NCBI GenBank assembly: GCA_947168905.1
Contig: CAMVNR010000002.1
Span: 1,898-65,897, forward strand
Direction: 5' to 3'
From: an uncultured Lachnospiraceae bacterium
GTDB taxonomy: Bacteria > Bacillota > Clostridia > Lachnospirales > Lachnospiraceae
Length of the DNA: 64,000 nucleotides
The translations under genes were made by a program, and so were the position numbers. The number at the start of each line of letters is the position of its first letter. Position 1 is the first letter of the stretch. The notes below the pieces were generated by a model that was not told the origin of the DNA, did not search any database, and saw nothing but the letters and a program-made list of their open reading frames with translations. This document shows, in pieces, positions 25,306 to 34,142 of the stretch.

Positions 25306-26787
25306 ATGTCCTGTACGACAATACTTGTCGGAAAATATGCCAGTTACGACGGCAGCACCATGATGGCCAGAAATGAGGATTCCGGCGCAGGAGAGTTCAC
25401 GCCGAAGAAATTTATCGTCGTTCACCCGGAGGATCAGCCCGTGCATTACCGCTCGGTGATTTCCAAAGTGGAAATTGATCTTCCGGTGGATCCGCTTCGC
25501 TACACCGCGGTCCCGAATGCTTTCCCGGAAGACGAAGGTATCTGGGGCGAGTGCGGTGTGAATGCGGCGAATGTGGCGATGTCCGAAACGGAAACCATCA
25601 CCTCGAATGTTCGTGTGCTGGCCGCCGATCCGCTGGTCAAAACAGGCATCGGCGAGGAGGACTTCCTGACGATTGTCCTGCCCTATATCCGCTCGGCGCG
25701 TGAGGGCGTAAAGCGTCTCGGCGCGCTCCTCGAAGCCTACGGTACCTATGAAATGAACGGGATCGGCTTCCAGGATTTTGATGAGATCTGGTGGATGGAG
25801 ACGATCGGCGGGCATCACTGGATCGCCCGGCGGGTACCGGATGAGTGTTATGCGGTGATTCCGAACCAGCTTGGCATCGATACGCTGAACCTTCGGGACG
25901 CATTCGGCTCTGAGCAGGATTTCATGTGCTCTTCCGACCTGATTTCTTTTATCCGGGACAACCACCTGGATCTTCGGATGGATGAGGACGGCGAAGAAAC
26001 CGACCTTTCCTATGAGACGGATTTTGACGTGCGTGCGGCATTCGGCTCGCATTCCGATTCGGATCACAGTTATAATACGCCCCGCGCCTGGATTATGGAA
26101 CGCCGCCTGAATCCGAAAACTTTTGTCTGGGACGGCCCGGAAGCGGATTTTCGGCCGGATTCGGACGATCTTCCGTGGTGTCTGGTTCCTGAGCACAAAG
26201 TCACGGTGGAGGACATCAAATACGTACTCTCTTCGCATTTTCAGGGAACGGCCTATGACCCCTACGGCAAATACGGCGATCTGTCCGAGCGGGGAAGATT
26301 CCGTCCGATCGCGGTCAACCGCACGAATTTTGCCGGCCTGACGCAGCTTAGGCCCTATATGCCTGGCCGCTTTGCGGCCCTTCAGTGGATCGCAATGGGC
26401 TCGAATGTTTTCAACAGCTTCGTACCATTTTACACGAACATCACGAAAACACCTGCCTATTTTTCGGACACGCAGCGCACGGTTTCTACGGACAGCTTCT
26501 ACTGGACGAACCGTCTGATCGGGGCGCTTGCGGACCCGCATTTTTCGGACTGTCAGGCTTCCGTTGAACGTTATCAGCTGCAGCTTCCTGCGAAATGCAC
26601 CCGCCTCATCAGGGAGACGGATGAGGAACTCCTCACTGAGGCCCCGGCCGACCTCCAGGCTTACCTCGAGGACAGGAATCAGGCGATCGCAGACCTCGTA
26701 CGCGAGGAGACGGACCGTCTCCTCTCATCCGTGCTCTACACCGCGAGCCTCGGCATGAAGAACGGCTACTCCCGCTCCGACGCCTGA
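25306..26787 (+). CDS. C69 family dipeptidase
   Basis: N-terminal nucleophile context MSCTTILVGKYASYDGSTMMARNEDS. Size and remaining sequence are typical of peptidase C69. Confidence 0.9.
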   Translation: MSCTTILVGKYASYDGSTMMARNEDSGAGEFTPKKFIVVHPEDQPVHYRSVISKVEIDLPVDPLRYTAVPNAFPEDEGIWGECGVNAANVAMSETETITSNVRVLAADPLVKTGIGEEDFLTIVLPYIRSAREGVKRLGALLEAYGTYEMNGIGFQDFDEIWWMETIGGHHWIARRVPDECYAVIPNQLGIDTLNLRDAFGSEQDFMCSSDLISFIRDNHLDLRMDEDGEETDLSYETDFDVRAAFGSHSDSDHSYNTPRAWIMERRLNPKTFVWDGPEADFRPDSDDLPWCLVPEHKVTVEDIKYVLSSHFQGTAYDPYGKYGDLSERGRFRPIAVNRTNFAGLTQLRPYMPGRFAALQWIAMGSNVFNSFVPFYTNITKTPAYFSDTQRTVSTDSFYWTNRLIGALADPHFSDCQASVERYQLQLPAKCTRLIRETDEELLTEAPADLQAYLEDRNQAIADLVREETDRLLSSVLYTASLGMKNGYSRSDA

Positions 26788-26802
26788 CCGCCCGCCCCGA
26801 AA

Positions 26803-27663
26803 AGCCGCCGCATTCTCTCCCGCAGTACCCCCTGGCCCCTCCCGCTGCGGCCGACTCTTTTTGCCCCGGCCCTCTGCCAGTCTTCCCGCCGGACGATCAT
26901 CCCCGGCAATTAACCGATACAACCCGCCCGGAGGCCTCCGCCCCCGGGCATCTTATTGTCTGCAGGCTTTTTCTGGTCGGGAGTATTTTCCGCATTGCCT
27001 TTTCGGGTTTTGGCTGCCTTTCTCACTAAAGCTCCCGCGGCACGTACGTCTAAAGGATTTTTGCGCGCCTCTTGCGGTGAACTCGCGCTGAGCGCGGAAG
27101 AAACACGATCACGGCGCCATTTTGATGGAAGTGGTATGGACTTATGGTGTTTCACAAGCGGTTTGCGGGAGCGGCACAAATGGAAGCCCGGCTTTTTCCG
27201 GCCCCGGGCTGTGCAGAATTGTCCGAGCGAGTATAAAGAAACACGGCGAGCGCCGTGTTTCTACCTCGCTCGACGCGAGTTTTCTGCACTCGGGGCCAAA
27301 AAGCCGGAAGCTTCCGTGCCGCGGGAGCTTGAGCGGTGAAACACCATAAGTCCATACCATTTGTACACAGATCTCTGCCGTGATCGTGTTTCTTTTTATG
27401 CGCTCAGACAGCACGCAAGGGATCGGCGCGCAATAATCCAAGACGTAGGGTGCCGCTCGACGCAAATCGTTCGAAAGGCAGTCCAAAATCCGAAGCGGCA
27501 AATCGACAGCTGATCCGACCAGAAAAAGCCGCCTTCAAAAAACCCGGGGGCGGAGGCCTCCGGGCGGAAAACTTTTGGATGACTGCCGGGGATGACGGCC
27601 CGGCGGGGAAGAGAGAGTGCAGCGGGGGAGTCAGGTGCCGGGGCGGGAGAGGATGCGGCGGGC
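26803..27663. repeat. Long diverged inverted duplication (imperfect palindrome) centred at 27249/27250
   Basis: The left arm aligns with the reverse complement of the right arm. Perfect blocks are 26924-26948 with 27543-27567 (25 nt) and 27133-27155 with 27336-27358 (23 nt). The central hairpin is gaaacacggcg-ag-cgccgtgtttc (27238-27261). The outer ends are homologous to the last codons of the CDS at 27631-27663. Confidence 0.85.
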
Positions 27664-29169
27664 GACGTTCGCGCCGTTGCCGATGACGGGAGCCATGCCA
27701 TCGCCGCCGGCGCCGTGGGCTCCGGTGAAGTAGAGGCCGGAGATGAATTCCTCGGCTTCGGGGGTCATTGTGCGGGCGACCGTGTGGTCGCGCATCGAGT
27801 GGCTGTAACCGTAGACGCCGCCGTAGGGGGAGCCGACGTAACGGGCGAAGGTCATCGGAGTCTCGATGACAATTTCCGCGATATGGTCCGAGAGCGGTAC
27901 GCCGAGGGCTTCGCTCATGTCGTCGATGAGTTCCTTCGCAAGCTCGTGGCGGACGAGGTCATAATTGTCCGCCGTTACGGACTGCCAGGCCTCCACCCGG
28001 GGCATCATCGTGACACTGAAGGAAGTATAGCCCTCAGGGGTTGCGGATGGATTCGCGTTATTGAGGCAGATCGAGGCGGTGGTACGGCTTCCGCGCAGGT
28101 CTTTCAGCTCGGCGAAGAGCTCATCCGAATTCATGTGCGCAGCGTGAAACCAGCAGTAATCCTGAAGGTGCAGCGCTTCTTTTGGCTGATCGAGAATCAG
28201 AATTACCGAGAAGGCTGTCAGGTTCATCCGGCGGGAATGGACCATTTGAAGGGCTTCTCTCGGAACTTCCGAGGCGGGTTCGATCATCGACTGATAGACC
28301 CGCGTCGGATAGGCGCCCGAGACGACGATGTCTGAATGGATTTCGTCGCCGCGCGCCGTGCGTACGCCCGTTACCCGGCCGTTTTGGACCAGGATCTTTT
28401 CGACTTTCTGGCGGTATTCGATCTGAACGCCAAGCGATTCAGCGCGCTCGGCGAGCTTCAGGCTCATCTCGTGACTCGTCTTCTTCGGAATGTACGCTCC
28501 GTGGCCGATATATTCATTCATGACAACCGAGTAGACCGTGAAAGGAAGGTCCGATAAAGGAGCGCCCACATAAATCCAGTAGGGGGACAGAATCTCGCGG
28601 ACCTTTTCCGGGAGATGAAAGGCTTCCATCACTTCGCCTGCCGAATAGCCAAGCGTACGGACAAATGGCAGGTGATGGCGCAGAATATGCAGCACATTTT
28701 TCATTTCTTCCTGGAGCGTCGTCGCGCTTTCCGAGCAGATCCGGCAGAAATCCAGGAATTCGAGCACCTGCTTTCGGGAGCCGGGGCAGACCTCTTCAAT
28801 CTCGGATGCAAAAGTGTCAAATCCGGGGTGAAAAGTCCTGTCAAGGTGCGGCAGGCACAGATGGTAGGCGTCCGGTACCGGGAGCCAGTCGACGAAAACC
28901 CCGTGCTTTTCGAGGAGCTTTCGAATCCTTCTGGGCTCATCCTTAGAGCCGATTTCCATCATTTCATGCAGAGCGGCTTCCATTTCGAAGCCGCCCCGGA
29001 CAAAGCTGGTGGCAATCCCGCCGGGCAGGTTGTGCTGCTCGAGAATCAGTACCGACTTTCCCGCTTCTGCCAGTGAAATGGCGAGCGTCAGGCCGGCGAG
29101 AGCGCCGCCGATCAGGATCGCGTCATAATGTTCTTTATAATAGTTCAATGGTTTTCCCTTCAGCAACAT
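27631..29169 (-). CDS. FAD/NAD(P)-dependent oxidoreductase, phytoene desaturase (CrtI)-like family
   Basis: N-terminal dinucleotide-binding motif DAILIGGALAGLTLAISLAEAGKSVLILEQHNLPGG. The ~510-aa length and C-terminal GAHGAGGDG segment are typical of CrtI-like flavoproteins. Confidence 0.8.
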   Translation of the reverse strand: MLLKGKPLNYYKEHYDAILIGGALAGLTLAISLAEAGKSVLILEQHNLPGGIATSFVRGGFEMEAALHEMMEIGSKDEPRRIRKLLEKHGVFVDWLPVPDAYHLCLPHLDRTFHPGFDTFASEIEEVCPGSRKQVLEFLDFCRICSESATTLQEEMKNVLHILRHHLPFVRTLGYSAGEVMEAFHLPEKVREILSPYWIYVGAPLSDLPFTVYSVVMNEYIGHGAYIPKKTSHEMSLKLAERAESLGVQIEYRQKVEKILVQNGRVTGVRTARGDEIHSDIVVSGAYPTRVYQSMIEPASEVPREALQMVHSRRMNLTAFSVILILDQPKEALHLQDYCWFHAAHMNSDELFAELKDLRGSRTTASICLNNANPSATPEGYTSFSVTMMPRVEAWQSVTADNYDLVRHELAKELIDDMSEALGVPLSDHIAEIVIETPMTFARYVGSPYGGVYGYSHSMRDHTVARTMTPEAEEFISGLYFTGAHGAGGDGMAPVIGNGANVARRILSRPGT

Positions 29170-29193
29170 GGCCGATCAATTTCTGCTTCAGGA

Positions 29194-29541
29194 TCAGTCC
29201 TCGGCCTCAATCTGTCTGATCACACATTCATTCCCCTGTACAAGCCAGGTCTCCCCGGAGCCGCAGTTCGGGCATACGCGGCCGTACTTCACGGTCTCGT
29301 AGGTGCTCCTGCAGCTGTCGCACCAGGTCAGTGCCGGTATGATTCCGATATGAAGCTCAGCTTCCGAAAGCACCGGATGCTTCCTGCGGAAGTAATTCCA
29401 GCAGTCCTCGAAATAATCGGTGACAATCCCGCTGACTTCGCCGACGTCAAGCGTCACGGAGCCGATCTTCGTGAGGCCTTCCTCCCGGGCGGTTTCCTCC
29501 AGCGTCTTGGCAAGGTGAATGACAATTCCCATTTCGTGCAT
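29194..29541 (-). CDS. hypA: Hydrogenase/urease-type nickel metallochaperone HypA
   Basis: N-terminal MHE Ni-binding motif (MHEMGIV) and a zinc site of two CxxC pairs (CDSC...CPNCG). 115 aa. Confidence 0.85.
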   Translation of the reverse strand: MHEMGIVIHLAKTLEETAREEGLTKIGSVTLDVGEVSGIVTDYFEDCWNYFRRKHPVLSEAELHIGIIPALTWCDSCRSTYETVKYGRVCPNCGSGETWLVQGNECVIRQIEAED

Positions 29542-29543
29542 CG

Positions 29544-32477
29544 TTACACCCTGGTTTCGTCGCCGTCCATCAGATCCTTCAGGTCGACCGCGTTTCCGGT
29601 GTGCGGATGCGTCTTGTGGAATTCCTTGGTGGATTCGTTGTATTCTTTGCGTTTCTTCCGCATCTCCTTCGCTTCCTCGGAGCCGCTGTTCTTAATGATC
29701 TTGAAGCCGCGCTTCAGGGCGTAGGACAGCAGACCGCCGACCTTGTCCTCGGCCCGGCGCATATCGGAATTGTCCGGATGGTCGCGCAGAAGATGAATCG
29801 CGTCAAATTCGCAGCGGGTGGTGCACAGGCCGCAGCCGATGCACTTGTTGGGATCGACAACGGAGGCGCCGCAGGAAAGGCAGCGTGCGGTTTCGGTCTT
29901 TACCTGCTTTTCGGTGAGCGTCAGCCTCGGATCCCGGAAGCCGTGCTTCGGATCGATGGAAGGATCCGTCGGAGGGACTTCGCGCTTTGCCGAGTCATAG
30001 GAATCGATCGCGATGTTGTTTTTGTCGAGCTCCTTGAAGTAGCGACGGTCACGTCCGAGACGCTGGGAGACATTGTTCTTCGAAACAAAGCGCGCGAGGG
30101 ATTCGGCGGCTTCATGGCCCTGGCCGATGGCGTCGATCACGAATTTCGGCCCTGTGAAGACATCTCCGCCGACGAAAACGGCAGGATCCTCTGTCTGATA
30201 GGTGAAGGGGTCGGCGATGGGATAAGCGCCCCGGAAGGTGACCTTCGTTCCTTTGAGAAGATTGCCCCACTGAATCGCCTGGCCGATCGCGAAGACAATG
30301 TGATCCGCTTTCACCGTGATGGTATCCTCTTCATCGTATGCGGGAGAGAATTTGCCGGTCGCAGGATCAATGGTGCGAAGGCAGCGCTTCAGGACGAGGC
30401 CGCATACTTTTCCGCTTTCATCCGTCAGGACCTCCTTCGGGCCCCAGCCGGCGTTAATGACGACGGATTCTTCCTCCGCTTCCTGGATTTCCTCGGCAGA
30501 GGCAGGCATGGTTTCACGCGACTCGAGGCAGAACATGGAAACCTTTTCGGAACCGAGTCTTCCGGCCGTTCTCGCGCAGTCTATCGCTACGTTTCCGCCG
30601 CCGATTACGACGGTTTCGCCGGGAAGCTCCCGGATATTGCCGCCGAGCGCGTTCTCCAGGAAATGAACTGCGATGTCGGTGCCTTCGGCGGTTTCATTCG
30701 GGATGCCGGGAAGACGGCCGCCCTGACAGCCGATGGCGACGTAGAAGGCCTCATAGCCCTGCTTTTTCAGTTCTTCAATCGTAATATCTTTGCCGACTTC
30801 GACGCCGCAGCGTATTTCGGCGCCGAGTGCACGGATGATATCGATTTCAGCGTCGATAACGTCTTTTTCGAGCTTGTAGGCCGGAATGCCGTAGGTCATC
30901 ATGCCGCCCGGCTTTTCATGCTTCTCGAATACCGTCGGCCGGTAGCCGCGCTGGGCGAGGTAATAAGCGCAGGAAAGCCCTGCGGGGCCGGCGCCGATAA
31001 TCGCGATTTTCTGCGGCCATTCGCCGGTTAAATTGTTGATGTTTTTCTTCGGAATATAGCGCGTTTCCGCGTGAAGATCGCGCTCCGCGAGGAATTTCTT
31101 AACGTCGTCGATGGCGACCGGCTGGTCGATCGTGCCCCTCGTACAGGCGTCTTCACAGCGCTTGTTGCAGACTCTGCCGCAGATCGCCGGGAAGGGATTT
31201 TCGCGCTTGATGAGCGCAAGCGCTTCGTCGTAGCGGCCTCCTCTGGCCATCTTCAGGTAGCCCTGGATGGAAACGTGCGCCGGGCAGGCGGCCTTACAGG
31301 GCGCGGTGCCTGTTTTGTGTGTGTTGACGCGGGCGGTATCCCGGTAATTTTCGTCCCAGGCGTACTTGCCCCAGCGAAGCGCGTCCGGAATCGGCGCCTT
31401 CGGGTAGCTGACCTCGGAGCCGTCCTTTTGGCAGAGCTTCTGGCCGAGTTTTACGGCGCCGGCGGGGCAGACCTCGACACAGCGTCCGCAGGCGACACAG
31501 TTTTCCTTGGTCACCTGTGCGGTATAGGCGCTCTTCGACATGTTCGGCGTATTGAAAAGAAGCGAGGTCCGAAGCGCATTGCAGATCTGCACGTTGCAGT
31601 TGCAGATGTCGAAAATATGATCCTCGCCGTCGATATTAGTGATCTGGTGAACGTATCCGTTCTCTTCGGCCTTCTGCAGGATTTCAAGCGCCTTTTCCTT
31701 GGTGATGTAATGTGCGCGGCCGGTTTCGACGGTGTAGTCCGCCATATCGCCGAGCTGGATGCACCAGTCGTTTTCGTCATCCGTGCAGCCTTCTCCGAGC
31801 TTGGCGCGCGAGTAGCGGCAGGAACAGATGCCTGCTGCGATGTGTCCGTCGTATTTCTGCAGCCAGTAGGAGATTTTCTCGATCGATGCGGCTTCCCGGG
31901 TCATCTGGACTTCTTTCTCTACCGGAATGACATGCATGCCGATGCCGTTTCCGCCGGGGCGGACCATCGGCGTAATGTGCTCGAGGGGAAGGAAGGTCAT
32001 GCGCTCAAACATGCGGGCGACGGCGGGATTCTTATCCACCCGGTCCTGAGAGGAATTAAAAAGCTCCGCAGAACCCGGCACGAAATAGCTCGTGCGGTAG
32101 CGCTTTTCTTTCGGCGCGCCCTTCACCGGCCCGTTGTCGTCGTAGTGATCGCCGTAATCGTATTCGACAAAACCATGGGTGCAGAGAAGTTTCAGCGCTT
32201 CTTTGAAGCGCTTTTCGCCGAGTGCGGCATTCATTTTCAGAAGCTCTTCCTCTGTGTACCATTTGCGCTGCTTCATCGACAGGGCGATATCCACCTCGTC
32301 CTCGTTCAGGATTTCCCTGAGTCCCCAGTATTCCTCGTCGGTTGTTTTGAGACCGAAAAGCTTGTGCGGGACATTGTCGGTGATTTTCGCGCCGAGCTTC
32401 GCATATTTCTTATGAAGCGTCGCCTCACCGTCGTACTTCGATTTGGTTTCCGGATTCTGGTCATATATTTCCGGCAT
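29544..32477 (-). CDS. Large multi-[4Fe-4S] FAD/NAD(P)H oxidoreductase (GltD/NfnB-like core, Cys-rich N-terminal domain, C-terminal ferredoxin domain)
   Basis: 977 aa. Ferredoxin motifs CVACGRCVEVCP and CIGCGLCTTRCE. GltD-like segment CGRVCNKRCEDACTRG, then KIAIIGAGPAGLSCAYYLAQRG and VVIGGGNVAIDCART. The N-terminal ~340 aa carry unusual Cys motifs (ICSCRYSRAKLGEGC...WC; CNCNVQIC). Confidence 0.8.
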   Translation of the reverse strand: MPEIYDQNPETKSKYDGEATLHKKYAKLGAKITDNVPHKLFGLKTTDEEYWGLREILNEDEVDIALSMKQRKWYTEEELLKMNAALGEKRFKEALKLLCTHGFVEYDYGDHYDDNGPVKGAPKEKRYRTSYFVPGSAELFNSSQDRVDKNPAVARMFERMTFLPLEHITPMVRPGGNGIGMHVIPVEKEVQMTREAASIEKISYWLQKYDGHIAAGICSCRYSRAKLGEGCTDDENDWCIQLGDMADYTVETGRAHYITKEKALEILQKAEENGYVHQITNIDGEDHIFDICNCNVQICNALRTSLLFNTPNMSKSAYTAQVTKENCVACGRCVEVCPAGAVKLGQKLCQKDGSEVSYPKAPIPDALRWGKYAWDENYRDTARVNTHKTGTAPCKAACPAHVSIQGYLKMARGGRYDEALALIKRENPFPAICGRVCNKRCEDACTRGTIDQPVAIDDVKKFLAERDLHAETRYIPKKNINNLTGEWPQKIAIIGAGPAGLSCAYYLAQRGYRPTVFEKHEKPGGMMTYGIPAYKLEKDVIDAEIDIIRALGAEIRCGVEVGKDITIEELKKQGYEAFYVAIGCQGGRLPGIPNETAEGTDIAVHFLENALGGNIRELPGETVVIGGGNVAIDCARTAGRLGSEKVSMFCLESRETMPASAEEIQEAEEESVVINAGWGPKEVLTDESGKVCGLVLKRCLRTIDPATGKFSPAYDEEDTITVKADHIVFAIGQAIQWGNLLKGTKVTFRGAYPIADPFTYQTEDPAVFVGGDVFTGPKFVIDAIGQGHEAAESLARFVSKNNVSQRLGRDRRYFKELDKNNIAIDSYDSAKREVPPTDPSIDPKHGFRDPRLTLTEKQVKTETARCLSCGASVVDPNKCIGCGLCTTRCEFDAIHLLRDHPDNSDMRRAEDKVGGLLSYALKRGFKIIKNSGSEEAKEMRKKRKEYNESTKEFHKTHPHTGNAVDLKDLMDGDETRV

Positions 32478-32523
32478 GTTTCATTCCCTCCCTCAAAGAA
32501 TCATATGTTTGTTTTTCCTTAAG

Positions 32524-33192
32524 CTAACGGCCGCTCTGTTCCTGCCAGTCTTTCAGACTTTCAAGAAGCCAGCGCTCAAGTTCGGCCATTCCTTCTCCTG
32601 TCTTCGCACTGACCGGGAAAATACATATTTTCGGGTTCAGCTTCTTCGCACGCTGAATGCATTTTTCCACCTGGAAGTCAAAATAGGGCAGCGCGTCGAG
32701 CTTTGTTATGACAAGCGCATCGGATTTCTGAAATATCAGCGGGTATTTTAAGGGCTTGTCGTCGCCCTCCGGAACACTCAGTATCATGACGGAAAGCGCG
32801 GCCCCTGTATCATATTCGGCAGGACAGATCAGGTTTCCGACGTTTTCAAGAAAGGCAAGGCGGCTTCTTCCCGGGGTGAGCGCGCGTACAGCCTCGGCGG
32901 TCATCCCGGCGTCCATGTGGCACATTCCGTCCGTGTGCACCTGGACGGCTTCGGCGCCGAGCGCTTCGATCCTTCCCGCGTCCACAGTTGATGCGATATC
33001 CGCCTCCAGGACGGAGATGCCGGTTTCGGGAAGATCGCGGATAATCCGGGAAAGCAGCGTGGTCTTTCCGGCGCCGGGACTTGACATCAGGTTGATAAGA
33101 AGGGTGCCCTGACGGCGCATTTCTTCCCGAAGAGCCGCTGCTTCCCGGTCATTTCCTGCGGTGACAGAGGCGTGGAGTTCAATAACCTTCAT
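32524..33192 (-). CDS. hypB: Nickel-incorporation GTPase HypB
   Basis: P-loop SSPGAGKTTLL, metal-binding GMCHMDA, ENVGNLICPAE, and switch/NKxD-like ITKLD. 222 aa. Confidence 0.9.
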   Translation of the reverse strand: MKVIELHASVTAGNDREAAALREEMRRQGTLLINLMSSPGAGKTTLLSRIIRDLPETGISVLEADIASTVDAGRIEALGAEAVQVHTDGMCHMDAGMTAEAVRALTPGRSRLAFLENVGNLICPAEYDTGAALSVMILSVPEGDDKPLKYPLIFQKSDALVITKLDALPYFDFQVEKCIQRAKKLNPKICIFPVSAKTGEGMAELERWLLESLKDWQEQSGR

Positions 33193-33932
33193 TCGTATTC
33201 CTCCTTCCCTGCGCTTAAGTATCTTTTCGCCGAGATTTTCTGATCAAGAAAACGGCAGAATTCATCGTAGCCTTCCCCGGTTTTTGCCGAGACAAAGAAG
33301 ACGGAAAGATCCGGATTCAGTGCCAGGGCTCTTTGTACTGCCAGATCCCTGCTGAAATCGAAAATGCCTTCGGTATCGGTTTTACTGATCAGCAGGGCAT
33401 CGCTGATACTGAACATCAGGGGATATTTTAAGGGCTTGTCGTCGCCCTCCGGAACCGACAGAATCATGATCCGAAGATCCGCTCCGACCTCAAATTCCGC
33501 GGGACAGACCAGGTTTCCGACATTTTCGAGAATCACGAGATCCAGGTCTTTGATATCAAAAGCCAAAAGCCCTCTCCCCGTCATGTCGGCGTCCATATGG
33601 CAGAGTCCGCCTGTGTGCAGCTGGATCACCCTGGTGCCGGTTTTTCCGATCGCGGCTGCATCCGTGTCTCCGTCCGCATCCGCTTCCATGACGCCGATGC
33701 GGTACTTTTCCCGAAGCTTTTCAATGATCTTAAGGATCGTGCTTGTCTTCCCGGCGCCGGGGCTTCCCATGAGATTTACAAGAAAGCTTCCGTTTTGTTT
33801 CAGGCATTCCCGGTTTTTTTCGGCAGCTTTCCCGTTGTCCGCGAGTACCTGCTCCCGGACTTCGACGATACGGTATGACCGATTTTGCATTTCAGTATTT
33901 TCCATAACGCTCAGTATACCAGAAAATTCCAC
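33189..33932 (-). CDS. HypB-family GTPase, second paralog
   Basis: GSPGAGKTST, GGLCHMDAD, ENVGNLVCPAE, ISKTD. ATGA overlap with the downstream hypB. The exact start is uncertain (GTG at 33932 or internal ATGs at 33905 and 33890). Confidence 0.8.
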   Translation of the reverse strand: MEFSGILSVMENTEMQNRSYRIVEVREQVLADNGKAAEKNRECLKQNGSFLVNLMGSPGAGKTSTILKIIEKLREKYRIGVMEADADGDTDAAAIGKTGTRVIQLHTGGLCHMDADMTGRGLLAFDIKDLDLVILENVGNLVCPAEFEVGADLRIMILSVPEGDDKPLKYPLMFSISDALLISKTDTEGIFDFSRDLAVQRALALNPDLSVFFVSAKTGEGYDEFCRFLDQKISAKRYLSAGKEEYE

Positions 33933-33964
33933 CTTTTGGCAACAGGTAAACTGCTTTTGCGAGA

Positions 33965-33993
33965 TTGAAAGCGGAAAATTTTTTTGCTATAAT
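33965..33993 (+). promoter_or_regulatory. Candidate sigma-A promoter
   Basis: TTGAAA (33965-33970), 17-nt spacer, TATAAT (33988-33993). It lies ~150 nt upstream of the 34143 ORF. Confidence 0.4.
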
Positions 33994-34142
33994 ACCGCTT
34001 AAGGAAACGGTGGCTTCGGATCTTTGCGGAGCATTTTGAACCTTTTCTCGGAGAATTTTAGGATGTCCGTGCGGAAAAACAGCCGGACAGGGAAAGTTTT
34101 TTCAGGAAATGCGGCAAAAAGAAAGGGCAAGGGAATGTCGGG

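Noticed and set aside
24952-26541. 529-aa minus-strand ORF
   Set aside because: It is antisense to the C69 dipeptidase and the repeat-tail gene. The translation is Arg-rich with no motif.
26861-27701. Cluster of 65-127-aa ORFs on both strands within the palindromic region, including similar peptides such as GMDLWCF on both strands
   Set aside because: The peptide similarity is simply a consequence of the inverted DNA repeat. Indels between the arms break every frame. There are no RBSs, and the composition is Arg/Pro/Gly-rich. I treat the region as non-coding apart from the decayed gene-end remnant.
29601-32522. 476-aa and 483-aa + strand ORFs
   Set aside because: They are antisense to the 977-aa FeS flavoprotein, which carries multiple canonical ferredoxin and FAD/NAD motifs.
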